From NCBI GenBank assembly GCA_041497835.1, contig JBGQHF010000002.1, positions 16,500 through 80,499 of the forward strand: DNA of 64,000 nt, in the 5' to 3' direction. Shown piece by piece: positions 36,369-47,895 of this stretch. How positions within the stretch are numbered: the first letter of the stretch is position 1; every line of letters starts with the position of its first letter. The position numbers and the translations under genes are program-made. This DNA is from Terriglobia bacterium (GTDB taxonomy: Bacteria > Acidobacteriota > Terriglobia > Acidiferrales > UBA7541). Below the pieces are notes generated by a model. It had not been told where the DNA came from. It saw nothing but the letters and a program-made list of their open reading frames with translations, and did no database searches.

Positions 36369-37499
36369 TCAGAGCTGCCGCTGGAAAAGCGCGATCGTGC
36401 CGCCGATCAGCAGCACGGAGAAGCCTAACAAGATGCCAACATCGAAGTAAATGCCTTCGAAACCCGTATTTTTCAGCAGCAGGTTTTTCAATGCGTGCAC
36501 CGCATAGGTGAAGGGATCAATGACGGAGATCCACCGCAGCCACACGGGGAATCCCTCGGGCGGGTAGATGGCTCCGGACGGAAAAAAAAGCAGCGTATTC
36601 AGAACGCCGAAGATCGCGCGCGGCACCAACGGGTCGCTCACCCGCACCATCACCAGAAACATGAAGCTCATCATCGCCAGCGAGGCCGCCGCGAGCACCA
36701 GCAGCAGATAGAAAAGCCGCACCGGCTCCCACAGCCGCTCAATCCCCGACAGCATCCCGCCAATCAGCGTGATCGTCAGCCCGGCCATCATGCCTTTGAT
36801 GGCTCCGGCGAAATTCAGTCCGAGCACCAATTCGGCTTTGCTGATCGGCGTGACGAGGTAGCCTTCGTGCAGCCCGCGCGCCTTGTCGTCAATGAAGACG
36901 ATGCCGCCGCCGATCATCGCCGCGATGAAAATGGCCATCGAAATCGAGCCGGCCAGCAGGTACTTGATGTATTCGATGTACGGATAAATCTCCACAATGC
37001 GCAGGTCAATCGCGCCCGGCAATCGCTCAGCAAGCCGCGGCGCGTTCAGCGAGGCGGTGATCTGCTGCACGCGCTCGAGCACCTGCGAGCTGACGAAATT
37101 GTCCGTATTGTCCTCGATGAAGCCGATTTGGGGGCGGTCGTGCTGCAGCACGCGCCGCGAGTAGCCGTACGGAATGTGGATCACCGCGCGGACGAGCCCC
37201 GCGCGCAGGTCCGTGTCGGCATCCGACAGCGAGGAGTATTCCGTGATGGCAAATGTCTTGGGCCCTGCTTCGATGGAGTTCAGCCGCTCGCGAAGCACCC
37301 GCGATTCGGCCGTGCGGTCCTCATCCACCAGCGCCACGTCGATGTTTTTGATCTTTCCGCCGAAGGCGTAGCCGAGCACGATGAGCTGCATCATCGGAAA
37401 CACCATGGAGCTGACCATCAGCGCCGGGCTGCGGAGGAATTTCCGCATGTCGCGCTCGATGATCGCCGCGATGCGTTCGAAATTGAGCCCCAGCTTCAT
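36369..37499 (-). CDS. ABC-2 type permease
   Basis: N-terminal TM, extracytoplasmic loop, five C-terminal TMs, SGAIYP, PFTY. Confidence 0.9.
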   Translation of the reverse strand: MKLGLNFERIAAIIERDMRKFLRSPALMVSSMVFPMMQLIVLGYAFGGKIKNIDVALVDEDRTAESRVLRERLNSIEAGPKTFAITEYSSLSDADTDLRAGLVRAVIHIPYGYSRRVLQHDRPQIGFIEDNTDNFVSSQVLERVQQITASLNAPRLAERLPGAIDLRIVEIYPYIEYIKYLLAGSISMAIFIAAMIGGGIVFIDDKARGLHEGYLVTPISKAELVLGLNFAGAIKGMMAGLTITLIGGMLSGIERLWEPVRLFYLLLVLAAASLAMMSFMFLVMVRVSDPLVPRAIFGVLNTLLFFPSGAIYPPEGFPVWLRWISVIDPFTYAVHALKNLLLKNTGFEGIYFDVGILLGFSVLLIGGTIALFQRQL

Positions 37500-37505
37500 T
37501 CGCGC

Positions 37506-38498
37506 TTATTTATAGAGGTGACTGATGTCCAGTTGCGATGCGCTGCGCACCACGTCGCGCAATTGCCGCCCCGTGTAGTGCAGGAAAACGTCGTCGAGCG
37601 TCGTGCCCTGCACGCTCACTCGCTTCACCGTAATGCCGCGCGCCTTGGCGCGCTCCATCAGCGCCGCAACCGTCTCCGGGCCGCTGTCGGACATGATATG
37701 CACGGCTCCATCGTGTTCGGATACGCTTCCCACCTTGGGGAGTTGCCGGAGCTGTTCCATCCATCCGGCCCAGTCCGCCTGCGCGTTGGTGAATTCCGCT
37801 TCGACCACGTCCGTGCCCGGGACGCTGTCCTTGAGCTGCGTGGGCGTGTCCAGAGCGGCCATTTTGCCGTGATCCACGATGGCGATGCGCTCGCACAACT
37901 TATCGGCTTCGTCCATGTAATGCGTCGTCAGCAGAATCGTCAGCCCGGAGCTCTCCTTGAGCCTCATGATCATCTCCCACACGCTCGTGCGGGAAACAGG
38001 GTCGAGGCCCGTCGTCGGTTCGTCGAGGAAAAGAATCCGCGGCGAATGCACCAGCCCGCGGGCGATCTCCAGACGCCGGCGCATTCCACCGGAGAAATTG
38101 CGCACGAGCTGGTTGGTGAACTCGCTGAGGTTCATCGCCGACAACAAATCCTTGCACAGCTTGCCGCGCTGTGCCGCAGGCACCCCGTAGAGCTTCGCGT
38201 GGATGAGTATGTTTTCGCGCGCCGTCAGCTCCGGGTCCGAGGTCAGCGCCTGCGGGATGACGCCAATGGCGTGGCGCACGCCGTCGGCATCCTTCACGAT
38301 GTCGTGCCCGGCGACCCGCGCGGATCCCGAGGTCGGCGGCGTGAGCGTCGTCAGCATGCGGATCAACGTCGTCTTGCCCGCGCCGTTCGGCCCCAGCAGG
38401 CCGAAAATCTCGCCCTCCGCCACGGCGAAGCTGACTTCATCCACCGCCGTGAAGTCGCCGAATCGCTTGGTCAGCTTTTCGACCTCAATTGCGTTCAT
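37506..38498 (-). CDS. ABC-2 ATPase (DrrA-like)
   Basis: GPNGAGKT, FSGGMRRR, FLDEPTTGLD. Confidence 0.93.
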   Translation of the reverse strand: MNAIEVEKLTKRFGDFTAVDEVSFAVAEGEIFGLLGPNGAGKTTLIRMLTTLTPPTSGSARVAGHDIVKDADGVRHAIGVIPQALTSDPELTARENILIHAKLYGVPAAQRGKLCKDLLSAMNLSEFTNQLVRNFSGGMRRRLEIARGLVHSPRILFLDEPTTGLDPVSRTSVWEMIMRLKESSGLTILLTTHYMDEADKLCERIAIVDHGKMAALDTPTQLKDSVPGTDVVEAEFTNAQADWAGWMEQLRQLPKVGSVSEHDGAVHIMSDSGPETVAALMERAKARGITVKRVSVQGTTLDDVFLHYTGRQLRDVVRSASQLDISHLYK

Positions 38499-38562
38499 CG
38501 CTATGCACTCAGCTTCGCGCTTTCTGTTTCACGGGAAATGCGAAATTCCTTGGTCCAATGAT

Positions 38563-39639
38563 TCAAGGGCGCGTCCACCAACTCTTGTCTTTCGCCGGCT
38601 GCGGCAAAAGCACGGTGGCGCTCATCCCGGCGAAAAGCCGCCGGCCGGGATTGGGCACCGCCACTTTAATCGCGAACGTCTTGATGTCGCGTTTCGTGCG
38701 GCTCACGTCTCGCTGCGTGGCAAATTCGCTCTCGACGCCCTTGAAAATCACACTGCCTTCGATGACATCCCCCGAGGGCAGCTTCACGCGCAGCTTTTGC
38801 CCGAACTGAATCGTATTCACGTAGCTCTCTTCCACACCGGTGCGCACCCACAGGTGGTCAATATCCACAATCGTGACAATCGGGGCGCCCGGCTGCACGA
38901 CTTCGCCCTGCCTGGCCACGCGCACGGACACAATGCCGTCGAGCGGCGCGTAGATCTTCGTGTAGCCCAGTCTCGTTTCCGCCTCGGCCTTCGACGCGCG
39001 CGCCTGCGCCAGTTGCGCCTGCATGGAGGCCAGCGCACTCTGCTGGACGGACAGTTGTTTCCGATTTGCCCGCGACAGTGCCAGCCCAGCCTCCTGTGCT
39101 TTCACCTGGTCTTCCAGCGACCGCACCGTGGCCCGCGAAGAGCGCAGTGCCGCGTCCGCATGATCTTTGTCCTGCGCCGTGGCCACGCCCGCTTCGAATA
39201 GGCTTTGGATGCGCTTCTGGTCCAGCTCGTTCTTGGTCAGATCCGCGTGGGCAGCTTCCAGTTGGGACTGGATGGACGTGAGAGTGGCGGCGGACTGGCC
39301 GATCTGCGCCGTTGTCTGCTCGTCGGTCAGCCCCCACGCGCTCTGAACCTGCCGTACCTGCGCAGCAAAGCTCCGGATCATGGCGTCGGCCGAATCGCGC
39401 TGCGCGGTGAGTTCCGCGGAATCCAGCTCAGCCACAAGCTGGCCGGCCTTCACCTCGCTGCCTTCTTCCACCAGGAGCCGCTCAATGCGGCCCGTGATCT
39501 TCGCGCTGACGATTACTTCGTTGCCGTCCAGGATGCCCTTTAGCGGGATGTCCGTGCCGTGCGGCGCCGTGTAGATGTAGATCAGCAGGGCCACGACGAA
39601 CACGATGCCGAGAAACACAAAGAATCGGGAGATCTTCAT
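38563..39639 (-). CDS. HlyD-family membrane fusion protein
   Basis: N-terminal TM, lipoyl half-motifs VEEG and IYAPLDG, coiled coil. Confidence 0.9.
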   Translation of the reverse strand: MKISRFFVFLGIVFVVALLIYIYTAPHGTDIPLKGILDGNEVIVSAKITGRIERLLVEEGSEVKAGQLVAELDSAELTAQRDSADAMIRSFAAQVRQVQSAWGLTDEQTTAQIGQSAATLTSIQSQLEAAHADLTKNELDQKRIQSLFEAGVATAQDKDHADAALRSSRATVRSLEDQVKAQEAGLALSRANRKQLSVQQSALASMQAQLAQARASKAEAETRLGYTKIYAPLDGIVSVRVARQGEVVQPGAPIVTIVDIDHLWVRTGVEESYVNTIQFGQKLRVKLPSGDVIEGSVIFKGVESEFATQRDVSRTKRDIKTFAIKVAVPNPGRRLFAGMSATVLLPQPAKDKSWWTRP

Positions 39640-39759
39640 CGGAGTCTCAATCGCGTGAGCACAAGGGCATTAGTGTACCGTGAGGCGCTTCGGAATGCGC
39701 GGCTTGGCCTCCACTCCTTTGTACTCAGACCGTGAAAGTTTTGGTACAGGGGTGAGGCG

Positions 39760-40893
39760 TCAGGCTTGGAGTGCGCCGCCCGCGCCTTCGGGGAGCTCAA
39801 TTGCGTATTTGGTACGGGTTTTTTCCCGGTGTTGCTCGAGAGCCAGGGTGATGAGCCGGTCAATCAGCTCCGTGAAGGGGATTCCGCTCGCTTCCCAGAG
39901 CTTGGGATACATACTGATTGAAGTGAAGCCCGGGATGGTGTTCACTTCGTTGAGATAGATCTTTCCGCTGCGCTTCTCGAGGAAAAAGTCCACTCGCGCC
40001 ATTCCCGAGAGCTCCAACGCGCGGAATGCGCGCACCGCCAGGTCCTGAAACTTTCGAACCTGGCCTGCTCTGAGCTTCGCCGGAATCAGGAGTTGCGTCC
40101 CCTCTTCCAGATACTTGGCCGCGTAGTCGTAAAACTCCCGGTGCGGCACGATCTCGCCGGGTACAGAAGCTTTCGGGTCGGAGTTCCCGAGCACGGAGAC
40201 TTCGATTTCTCGCGCGCTGACCGACCGCTCGACCAGGATTTTCATCGCGAACTCAGCCGCCAGATCGAGCGCCGGGCCGAGCTCCGCCCGGGAATGCGCC
40301 TTGCTCATACCCACCGAGGAGCCCAGCGTCGCCGGTTTGACGAATACCGGGTACCGGAATTTCTTCTCGATCGCGCGTTGAAGGCGCTTGCGGTCGCGCT
40401 CCCAGTCCGGGCGCGCCACAGTCAGCCAGGGGACGACGGGAATCCTTGCCGCTTGGCAGAGGCGCTTGGATACGTCCTTGTCCATCCCGATGGCCGAGCC
40501 GAGCACACCCGCACCCACAAATGGAAGCCCTGCCAGATCGAGTAAGCCCTGCACGGTGCCGTCCTCGCCAAACGTGCCGTGGAGTACCGGAAAGACCACA
40601 TCCATGCGCTGGCCGCCGCCGCTGCGGTCGAGCGGCACGAGCGCCGGGTCGGTGGGGTCCGCGGTCATCGTCACGCGCTGCCCCGTCCGCAGAATTTCCG
40701 GCAGCATCTTTTGCGCGCCTACCCCGGCAAGCCAGTGCCCCTCTTTGGTGATTCCGATGGGGACCGCTTCGTACTTGTCGGGGTCCAGCCCGCGGATCAC
40801 CGACGCCGCCGAGGCCAGCGAAACTTCGTGCTCGCCCGAACGCCCTCCAAAAAGCACGCCCACCCGCAGCCGTTTTTTTTCGTTTGTCGTCAT
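39760..40893 (-). CDS. ddl: D-alanine--D-alanine ligase
   Basis: FGGRSGEHEVS, LHGTFGEDG, GSSVG, NEVNTIPGFT. Confidence 0.96.
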   Translation of the reverse strand: MTTNEKKRLRVGVLFGGRSGEHEVSLASAASVIRGLDPDKYEAVPIGITKEGHWLAGVGAQKMLPEILRTGQRVTMTADPTDPALVPLDRSGGGQRMDVVFPVLHGTFGEDGTVQGLLDLAGLPFVGAGVLGSAIGMDKDVSKRLCQAARIPVVPWLTVARPDWERDRKRLQRAIEKKFRYPVFVKPATLGSSVGMSKAHSRAELGPALDLAAEFAMKILVERSVSAREIEVSVLGNSDPKASVPGEIVPHREFYDYAAKYLEEGTQLLIPAKLRAGQVRKFQDLAVRAFRALELSGMARVDFFLEKRSGKIYLNEVNTIPGFTSISMYPKLWEASGIPFTELIDRLITLALEQHREKTRTKYAIELPEGAGGALQA

Positions 40894-40900
40894 CTGGCCT

Positions 40901-41812
40901 CTACAGAATCTTCTTTCCCAGCCCCGAGCACACCAGCTCGACGCCCAGCAGCGCCGTCCGATTGTGCTCGTCAATCACCGGATTGATCTCCACGACCTCG
41001 AGCGACACCATCGATTCCGTGTCCGCGATCATCTCCATCGCCAGGTGCGACTCCCGGTAGGTCACGCCGCCGCGCACCGGCGTTCCCACGCCCGGCGCGT
41101 CCGAGGGGTCCACAAAGTCCATGTCCAGGCTCACGGCAATGCCGTCCGTGTCGTCGGTGGCAAACTTGATGGCGTCGCTCATCACTTCGCGCATGCCGCG
41201 CTCGTCAATGTCGCGCATGGTGAAGACGTGCACGCCGGACTTCTTTACCAGGCGCTTCTCCTGAGCGTCAAGATCGCGCACGCCCACCAGCACCACGTTC
41301 TGCGGCTCCACCTTCGGCTTGAACCCGAGCAGCTCCACCAGCTCCGGCGCGCCATAGCCCATCACGGAAGCCAGCGGCATCCCGTGAATGTTGCCCGAGG
41401 GCGAAGACTCCGGCGTATTCATGTCCCCGTGCGCGTCCAGCCAGATGTATCCGATATGTTTTTCGCTCACTCGGAAGTGCGCGGATACGCCGGAGAGTGC
41501 GCCCACGGCGATGGAATGGTCGCCGCCCAGCACCAACGGCAGCAAACCTTCCTCCAGCGACTTTTGCACCGTCTGCGCGAGTTCCTTGCACGTCTCCGCA
41601 ATTTCATTCAGGTATTTGGCGCGTTTTTCGCCGTAGTGCTGTTCCTCGGCCTGCTTCACCGGGATGTTGCCCATATCTTCTACCTGGTGGCCAAGCTGCT
41701 TGATGCGCGCCTGCAATCCCGCAACGCGCAGCGCGGAAGGCCCCATGTCCACGCCGCGGCGGCTCGCGCCGAGGTCCATGGGCACTCCAATGATGCGGAT
41801 CTTTTGTGGCAT
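40901..41812 (-). CDS. rocF: Arginase
   Basis: GGDHS, DAHGDMN, SGNIHGMP, SLDMD. Confidence 0.95.
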   Translation of the reverse strand: MPQKIRIIGVPMDLGASRRGVDMGPSALRVAGLQARIKQLGHQVEDMGNIPVKQAEEQHYGEKRAKYLNEIAETCKELAQTVQKSLEEGLLPLVLGGDHSIAVGALSGVSAHFRVSEKHIGYIWLDAHGDMNTPESSPSGNIHGMPLASVMGYGAPELVELLGFKPKVEPQNVVLVGVRDLDAQEKRLVKKSGVHVFTMRDIDERGMREVMSDAIKFATDDTDGIAVSLDMDFVDPSDAPGVGTPVRGGVTYRESHLAMEMIADTESMVSLEVVEINPVIDEHNRTALLGVELVCSGLGKKIL

Positions 41813-41833
41813 ACGAAGTCCCATAGAGCGTCT

Positions 41834-43135
41834 CTAAGGGTAAACCCGGTAAATCATGCGCGGGAAGGGAATCACTTCGCGGATGTGCTCCGTTCCGCAA
41901 ATCCACGCGACCGTGCGCTCCAGCCCCAGCCCGAAGCCTGCATGCGGCACGCTCCCGTAACGCCGCAGATCGAGATACCACTGGAACGCCTCTTCCGGCA
42001 GGTTGTGCTCCCGCAGCCGCTTGAGCAGCAGGTCATAATCGTGAATGCGCTGCCCGCCGCCGATGATCTCGCCGTAGCCCTCCGGCGCGAGCATATCGAA
42101 GCCCAGAGCCAGGTCCGGCCGCTGCGGGTCCGGCTGCATGTAGAACGCCTTGATCGCCGCGGGGTAGCGGTGCACGATCACCGGCCGGTCGTACTGGCTT
42201 GAAAGAACCGTCTCCTCGTCGCCGCCGAAGTCGTCGCCGTGTTTCGCCGGGTTGCCGCTCTTCTGCAACACTTCGATCGCTTCGTCGTAGCTCATCCGCG
42301 GGAAGGGCGGCTTCACGCTGGCGAGCTTTGCCGTATCCCTCTTCAGCATTTCGAGTTCGCGCGTGCGGTTCTTCAGGACCGACTGCACGACATGGCTCAC
42401 CAGCCCCTCGGCCAGCGCCATCATGTCGTTGATGTCCGCGTACGCGGCTTCCGGCTCCAGCATCCAGAATTCGGTCAGGTGCCGCCGCGTCTTGGATTTT
42501 TCCGCCCGGAATGTTGGCCCAAATGTATAGACCTTGCCCAGCGCCATCGCCGTGGCTTCGACGTAGAGCTGCCCCGACTGCGTCAGGTAGGCCTTCTGAT
42601 CGTCAACGTATTTCACTTCGAAAAGCGTTGTCGTGCCTTCGCAGGCCGCCGGCGTGAACACCGGCGCGTCCGTCAGCGTGTAGCCCTGGCCGTCCATGAA
42701 CGCGCGCGCCGAGCGAATGGCCTCCGCGCGGATGCGCAGGATGGCCACCTGCCGCGGCGTGCGAATCCAAAGGTGCCGGCGGTCCAGCAGAAAATCCACG
42801 CCGTGCTCTTTGAGCTGGATGGGGTAGGGATCGCTGTCCGCGACTCGCTGCACGATTTCGAGTTTCGTTACCCCGATTTCGTAGCCGCCCGGCGCGCGCT
42901 TTTCCGCGCGAATCTTTCCCGTCACGATGACGCTCGATTCCTGTGTCAGCCCGTGCAGCGCCTCGAACGCTTCCGGCTGCTCTTTCTGCGCGCACACGCC
43001 CTGGATGATCCCCGTGCCGTCCCGGAAGATCGGAAAGAGCAGCTTCCCCGACTGGCGCAGGTTGTAGAGCCACCCACGCAGGGTCACTTCCTGCCCGTCG
43101 TAGTTTCCCGCCTGTTCGATCGTGATTACGCTCAT
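41834..43135 (-). CDS. asnS: Asparagine--tRNA ligase
   Basis: [40 protein letters not shown]. Confidence 0.95.
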   Translation of the reverse strand: MSVITIEQAGNYDGQEVTLRGWLYNLRQSGKLLFPIFRDGTGIIQGVCAQKEQPEAFEALHGLTQESSVIVTGKIRAEKRAPGGYEIGVTKLEIVQRVADSDPYPIQLKEHGVDFLLDRRHLWIRTPRQVAILRIRAEAIRSARAFMDGQGYTLTDAPVFTPAACEGTTTLFEVKYVDDQKAYLTQSGQLYVEATAMALGKVYTFGPTFRAEKSKTRRHLTEFWMLEPEAAYADINDMMALAEGLVSHVVQSVLKNRTRELEMLKRDTAKLASVKPPFPRMSYDEAIEVLQKSGNPAKHGDDFGGDEETVLSSQYDRPVIVHRYPAAIKAFYMQPDPQRPDLALGFDMLAPEGYGEIIGGGQRIHDYDLLLKRLREHNLPEEAFQWYLDLRRYGSVPHAGFGLGLERTVAWICGTEHIREVIPFPRMIYRVYP

Positions 43136-43154
43136 GCTCTCTTCCTGGGTCCGC

Positions 43155-44024
43155 TCACTGCTTCGCCTGCCAAGTTTTCTCGAATTGGTCCGCTGCGCGC
43201 CGCGCCGCTTCGAGTTGCGCCGCCAGCGGCTTCGCTTCCGGCCCCGTCTGCTCCTTCAATTCCAGCACCATCGGCAGCGGCTTCACCGGCGCCGATTGGA
43301 GAAGATTGGCCGCGGCCTTCCAGTCCAGCGACCCTTCAAAGGGCGGCAGATGCTCGTCCTTCTCGCCGTGGTTGTCGTGAACGTGCGCCGTGGCCACCAG
43401 GTCGCGCATTGGCCCAAAGCATTTTTCCAGGCGCTCCTCGGCCGGGCCGTCGGCGAGATGCGCGTGGCCCGTATCGAAGCAAAGCCGCAATCCCGTGAGC
43501 CGCGTTTCGTCCACGAATTGGCGCAGGTACGCTGGATCGCCCATCTCGCTCATCGTGTTTTCGATCGCAAGCGTCACGCCGACATGCTTCGCGTGGAGCA
43601 TCAGGTGTTCCAGCGAGCTGAACGCCGCATCGCGCTTGCGCGGATCGGCCGTCTCCCGCGGGCCGCCCAGGTGCATCACGAGAAGCGGAAACGGCAGAAT
43701 CTCCGCCACGTCGATCGCCCGCTTGTATTCGTCCATCGCCTCGATCCGCCGCACGCGCTCCACCTCGCATAGCGACAGCGGCAAACCACCCTCGCGCGCG
43801 GGCCCCAGGTCACGGCTCGTCGGCGCGTGCAGCGAAGTAAGCGTGAGTCTCCGGTCCGTAAGCACGCGCGCGATTTCGCTAATCTCCTGCGCCGTGTGGT
43901 AATCGAAGTGGCTCCTTGCGCAAAAGATTTCCACGCCCTGGAATCCCGCATCCGCCACCTGCCCAAGCATCTCCGGGGTGAGCCTCCGCGAGACGAATTG
44001 GTACGTCGAAAGGAGCCGTTGCAT
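43155..44024 (-). CDS. Sugar phosphate isomerase/epimerase (TIM barrel)
   Basis: [22 protein letters not shown]. Confidence 0.85.
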   Translation of the reverse strand: MQRLLSTYQFVSRRLTPEMLGQVADAGFQGVEIFCARSHFDYHTAQEISEIARVLTDRRLTLTSLHAPTSRDLGPAREGGLPLSLCEVERVRRIEAMDEYKRAIDVAEILPFPLLVMHLGGPRETADPRKRDAAFSSLEHLMLHAKHVGVTLAIENTMSEMGDPAYLRQFVDETRLTGLRLCFDTGHAHLADGPAEERLEKCFGPMRDLVATAHVHDNHGEKDEHLPPFEGSLDWKAAANLLQSAPVKPLPMVLELKEQTGPEAKPLAAQLEAARRAADQFEKTWQAKQ

Positions 44025-44029
44025 CGTCT

Positions 44030-45844
44030 TCAGTATCCCTGCGCGGAGCCATTGTCGCGCGGGTCGGCCGCGCCCAGCCGCTCGCCCGTCTGCGGATCGA
44101 TGCCGATGGCGTTCACAAGACCGATGTGCCCCTGCCGCCTGGTCTTGTGTCCCCGCGCCTGCAGCGCTTGCTCGATGCCTGCCGGAAAAGTCTTTTCCAG
44201 CAGGATTCGGTCCGGGAGCCACTGGTGGTGAAAGCGCGGCGCGTTGATCGCGGCCTGGGCTTCCATTCCCAGCCGCATCCAGTTCAGCACGCTCAGCAGC
44301 GTCACCGAGATGATCGTCGGCCCTCCCGGCGAGCCCGTCACGAAGCTGAGCTTGCCGTCGCGCAGCAGGATCGTCGGCGTCATCGAGCTCAGCGGCCGCT
44401 TGCCCGGCCCAATGGCATTCGCATCCGACTGTATCAGCCCGAAAAGCGCGTTCGGCACGCCCGGCTGCGTTGTGAAATCATCCATTTCGTCATTCAGCAG
44501 AAACCCCGCCGTCGAAGTCACGTGCGAACCGTAGCTGTCGTTCAGCGTGGTCGTCGAAGCCACGGCATTGCCCGCCGCATCCACTACGGAAAAGTGCGTC
44601 GTGTGCGGGCCTTCGCCGAGGCTGACGATGGTTTGCGGCTTCTCCGGCTGGTGCGCACCGCTCGCGGGGGCCGCTCCGCACGTATGGGGCTGCCCGGCGC
44701 GCACCACTTGGCTCGACGAAGCGCGCTGTGGATCAATCGTGGCCGCGACTTCTTTTGCGTAGCAGGGGTCGGTGAGCCCCGCCACCGGCACATTCGAAAA
44801 ATCAGGGTCCGCCAGATACGCCGCGCGGTCGGCAAAAATTCTTCGCATCACTTCCGCCACGCGGTGCACGCTGTCCGCGTCGTCCCAGCCCTGCAGCGGC
44901 ACGCCCTGCAGCATATTCAGCGCCTCGATCATCGCCACGCCGCCCGAGCTGGGCGGCGGGGAGGTGATCACGTCCCACTTGTGTCCATCCTGTTCGTACG
45001 AGGCGCGCAGTACTTCGCGAATCTTTGGCTTGTAGTTCGCGAGGTCTTCCATCGTGATCAGCCCGCCGAGCCGCGCCATGTCGTCCGCGATCATCCGCGC
45101 CGTCTCTCCGCGGTAAAACTCCGCGCCCCCATTTCGCGCAATTCGCTTCAGAGTTGCCGCCAGCTCCGGCTGCCGCAAAATCTCGCCCGCCCGGTACATC
45201 TGCCCATCGCGCAGGAAAATCCGCCGGCTCACCGAGAATCGCTGCAATTCTGTCCGCTCCCCTTCGAGCTGGCGCGCAAGTTTCTCGCTGACAGGAAAAC
45301 CCTCTTCCGCCAGGCGGATCGCCGGCCCCACCGCTTCGGCGAGCTTCATCGTTCCGTGCGTTCTGAGCGCGAGTTCCAGCCCCGCTACTGTGCCGGGCAC
45401 GGCCACGGACCGGTATCCGATCGTCGAGCCTTCGTTATCAAGCTTTCCGTCGGGGCGGATATACATGTCCCGCGATGCCCCACCGGGCGCCCTCTCGCGG
45501 TAGTCGAAAAAGCTCGTCCGTCCATCGGCGAGCCGCACCAGCATGAACCCGCCCCCGCCGATATTCCCCGCAGCCGGCTCGACTACCGCCAGCGCAAACG
45601 CCGTCGCCACGGCGGCGTCAACGGCATTACCCCCGCGCTTGAGGATTTCGACGCCAACGGCCGAGGCCAGCGGCTCGTCCGTCGCAACCATGCCTTTCGC
45701 TCCGCGTACGGCGCGCTCCGGCCAGCTCCGTTCGAGAGAGGCCAGCGTGTTGAGCTCCGCTGCCGCCTGTCCGTGCAGGAGGGGCGCCAGCGGCGTGGCG
45801 AGCAGGCAAAACAGGGCCGCCCACATCAAGATTCGTGGTTTCAT
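44030..45844 (-). CDS. ggt: Gamma-glutamyltransferase
   Basis: GGNAVDAA, GGGGF, HTTHFSVVD, LNDEMDDF, PLSSMTP, GSPGG. Confidence 0.95.
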   Translation of the reverse strand: MKPRILMWAALFCLLATPLAPLLHGQAAAELNTLASLERSWPERAVRGAKGMVATDEPLASAVGVEILKRGGNAVDAAVATAFALAVVEPAAGNIGGGGFMLVRLADGRTSFFDYRERAPGGASRDMYIRPDGKLDNEGSTIGYRSVAVPGTVAGLELALRTHGTMKLAEAVGPAIRLAEEGFPVSEKLARQLEGERTELQRFSVSRRIFLRDGQMYRAGEILRQPELAATLKRIARNGGAEFYRGETARMIADDMARLGGLITMEDLANYKPKIREVLRASYEQDGHKWDVITSPPPSSGGVAMIEALNMLQGVPLQGWDDADSVHRVAEVMRRIFADRAAYLADPDFSNVPVAGLTDPCYAKEVAATIDPQRASSSQVVRAGQPHTCGAAPASGAHQPEKPQTIVSLGEGPHTTHFSVVDAAGNAVASTTTLNDSYGSHVTSTAGFLLNDEMDDFTTQPGVPNALFGLIQSDANAIGPGKRPLSSMTPTILLRDGKLSFVTGSPGGPTIISVTLLSVLNWMRLGMEAQAAINAPRFHHQWLPDRILLEKTFPAGIEQALQARGHKTRRQGHIGLVNAIGIDPQTGERLGAADPRDNGSAQGY

Positions 45845-45932
45845 GGCAAACAGGGAACTGTAAGGGATTCAACTGGAAGCGTCAAGGCAACGCCGACTGG
45901 CTGTGTCCGGCCGGAGTAAACTCTTTCTTTTC

Positions 45933-46808
45933 TTAGTTTTCGCTGAGGAATTCAACCGAAGGTGGTCCCGGCAGCAATCCGGCCTTCGTGCCGCGCTCGA
46001 TCAGTACGCGCACCGCTTTGCGGCCTCGCTCCCCGTAGCCTAGAGTCCAGTTATTGACGTACATCCCGACGAACTTGTCGGCGACATCGGTTTCCATGTC
46101 GCGCGCAAACTGCATGGCGTAGTTCAGCGCCTCCTCACGGTGCTCCAGAGCGTATTTCACGCTCTGCCGGATCGTTCGCGCGATCTGCCGGCCCAGGGCA
46201 GGGCCCAGCGCGCGCCGCACGGCGTTCCCACCGAGCGGCAACGGCAGTCCGGTCTGCTCCTGCCACCAATGACCGAGGTCCACCACGCGGTGCAGGCCCA
46301 TCTGCGGAAACAGGAGCTGCCCTTCGTGAATGAGCAGGCCGGCCTCGACGACTTCATTTTTCACCGCATCGAGAATTTTGTCGAAGGGCAGCACCACGGC
46401 CTCGAAATGCGGCTCGTAGAGCTTGAGTGTCAGATATGCCGTGGTCTTCAGACCCGGCACGCCGATGCGCTTCCCGGCCAATTCGTCGCCCTTCATGGCC
46501 CGCGAAGAGACCACGATGGGGCCATACCCCTCGCCAAAGCTGGCTCCGCAGTCGAGCAGGGTGTACTTGTCGCGCAGCTCCGGGTACGCCGCGAAGCTCA
46601 CCGCCGTCACTTCGTAGGTCTCCGTCAGCGCGGCTTCGTTCAGCGTCTGGATGTCCGAAAGGACGTGAGTAAACTTCATTCCTGGCGTCGCGATCTTGTG
46701 CGTCGCCAGCGCGTAAAACATGAACGCGTCGTCGGAGTCCGGCGAATGCGCCAGCTTGATCTCGACGGTCTCCTTGGCCGCTTTTGTGGATGCCTGTTTG
46801 CCTGCCAT
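45933..46808 (-). CDS. mqnD: 1,4-dihydroxy-6-naphthoate synthase (futalosine pathway)
   Basis: AHSPDSDDAFMFYA, DIQTLN, GEGYGP, TTAYL, LIHEGQL, LPLGGN. Confidence 0.88.
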   Translation of the reverse strand: MAGKQASTKAAKETVEIKLAHSPDSDDAFMFYALATHKIATPGMKFTHVLSDIQTLNEAALTETYEVTAVSFAAYPELRDKYTLLDCGASFGEGYGPIVVSSRAMKGDELAGKRIGVPGLKTTAYLTLKLYEPHFEAVVLPFDKILDAVKNEVVEAGLLIHEGQLLFPQMGLHRVVDLGHWWQEQTGLPLPLGGNAVRRALGPALGRQIARTIRQSVKYALEHREEALNYAMQFARDMETDVADKFVGMYVNNWTLGYGERGRKAVRVLIERGTKAGLLPGPPSVEFLSEN

Positions 46809-47246
46809 TGGTCGAGTCGAACCTGCCTTCTTGCTGCCTTTGCCGGCCGGTCTCTTCAAGAGGATGCCTCCGCGCAGGAGAGCGCGTTCAGGAAACAGGA
46901 GGAAGAGAACGTTCGCGACGCAGGGACTGCGCCGCATGGCCGGGCCGTTCTTGGCGAGAAGAGCCTAGCACACCGCCCCCCGCCTGACAAATCTCCGCTG
47001 CGCCCTCCCAGTTTGCCGGAAACGTATTCTTGGGATGGGAGACAGGCGGTCTCCACCTAACGCCCGCAAATCTAAAAGTCTAGCCAGCACCCGCATGAAG
47101 ACATTTTGCCGCGTAATAGGGGCGGCCCGTTGTTAACACTTGTCTCCGTCTTCGCGTCTATCCTTGACGGATGGCATGCGATTCTCGACTGTCGAAACGC
47201 GGGAACCTTAGTTGACTTCCGTACCAGAAACACGGAATGTCGGGCC

Positions 47247-47828
47247 GTGACCGCGCTGCCCGTCACCGAATCCGCCGCCGATCTCTCGCTGGTGGATGCC
47301 GCGCGCGAAGGCGACCGCGCCGCGTTTGGCCGGCTGTATGATCGCTACGCGCGAATGGTCCACGGCATCCTGCTGGCGCGCGTCCCGCCAAATGAAGTGG
47401 ATGATCTTGTTCAAGACGTCTTTTTGCGGGCGCTTCCTCAACTCCATGCCCTCCGGGACATCGCCCGCTTCGGAGCATGGCTGGCCGCGATCGCACGCAA
47501 CCGCGCCAATGATTATCACCGGCGCTCCAGACCAACGGTTGAGTTCACGGAAGACTTTTCCGTAGATGAAGTCGCGGGCAGGGACACGAGCGGCGCTCAG
47601 GATGCGGAGGCTGCGGCGATCCTCGCGGTTATCCGGAGCCTGCCGGAGGCCTATCGGGAGCCGCTCATCCTACGCTTGGTCGAGGGCATGACCGGTCCCG
47701 AGATCGCCGCGCGCACGGGGCTTACTCACGGCTCGGTCCGCGTCAATCTGCACCGCGGCATGCAACAGCTCCGGGAAAAACTCGACCAGAGCTTGCCGCG
47801 CAGCAAGTCGAAACACGGCATGCTTTGA
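47247..47828 (+). CDS. ECF RNA polymerase sigma factor
   Basis: GDRAAFGRLY, DLVQDVF, WLAAIARN, SVRVNLHRG; start uncertain. Confidence 0.92.
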   Translation: MTALPVTESAADLSLVDAAREGDRAAFGRLYDRYARMVHGILLARVPPNEVDDLVQDVFLRALPQLHALRDIARFGAWLAAIARNRANDYHRRSRPTVEFTEDFSVDEVAGRDTSGAQDAEAAAILAVIRSLPEAYREPLILRLVEGMTGPEIAARTGLTHGSVRVNLHRGMQQLREKLDQSLPRSKSKHGML

Positions 47829-47895
47829 AGACGGCAAGACGGTTCGGTAGGAACGCGCAAGGCGCAAGAGGCGCACTGATGACGAGGAATGATTC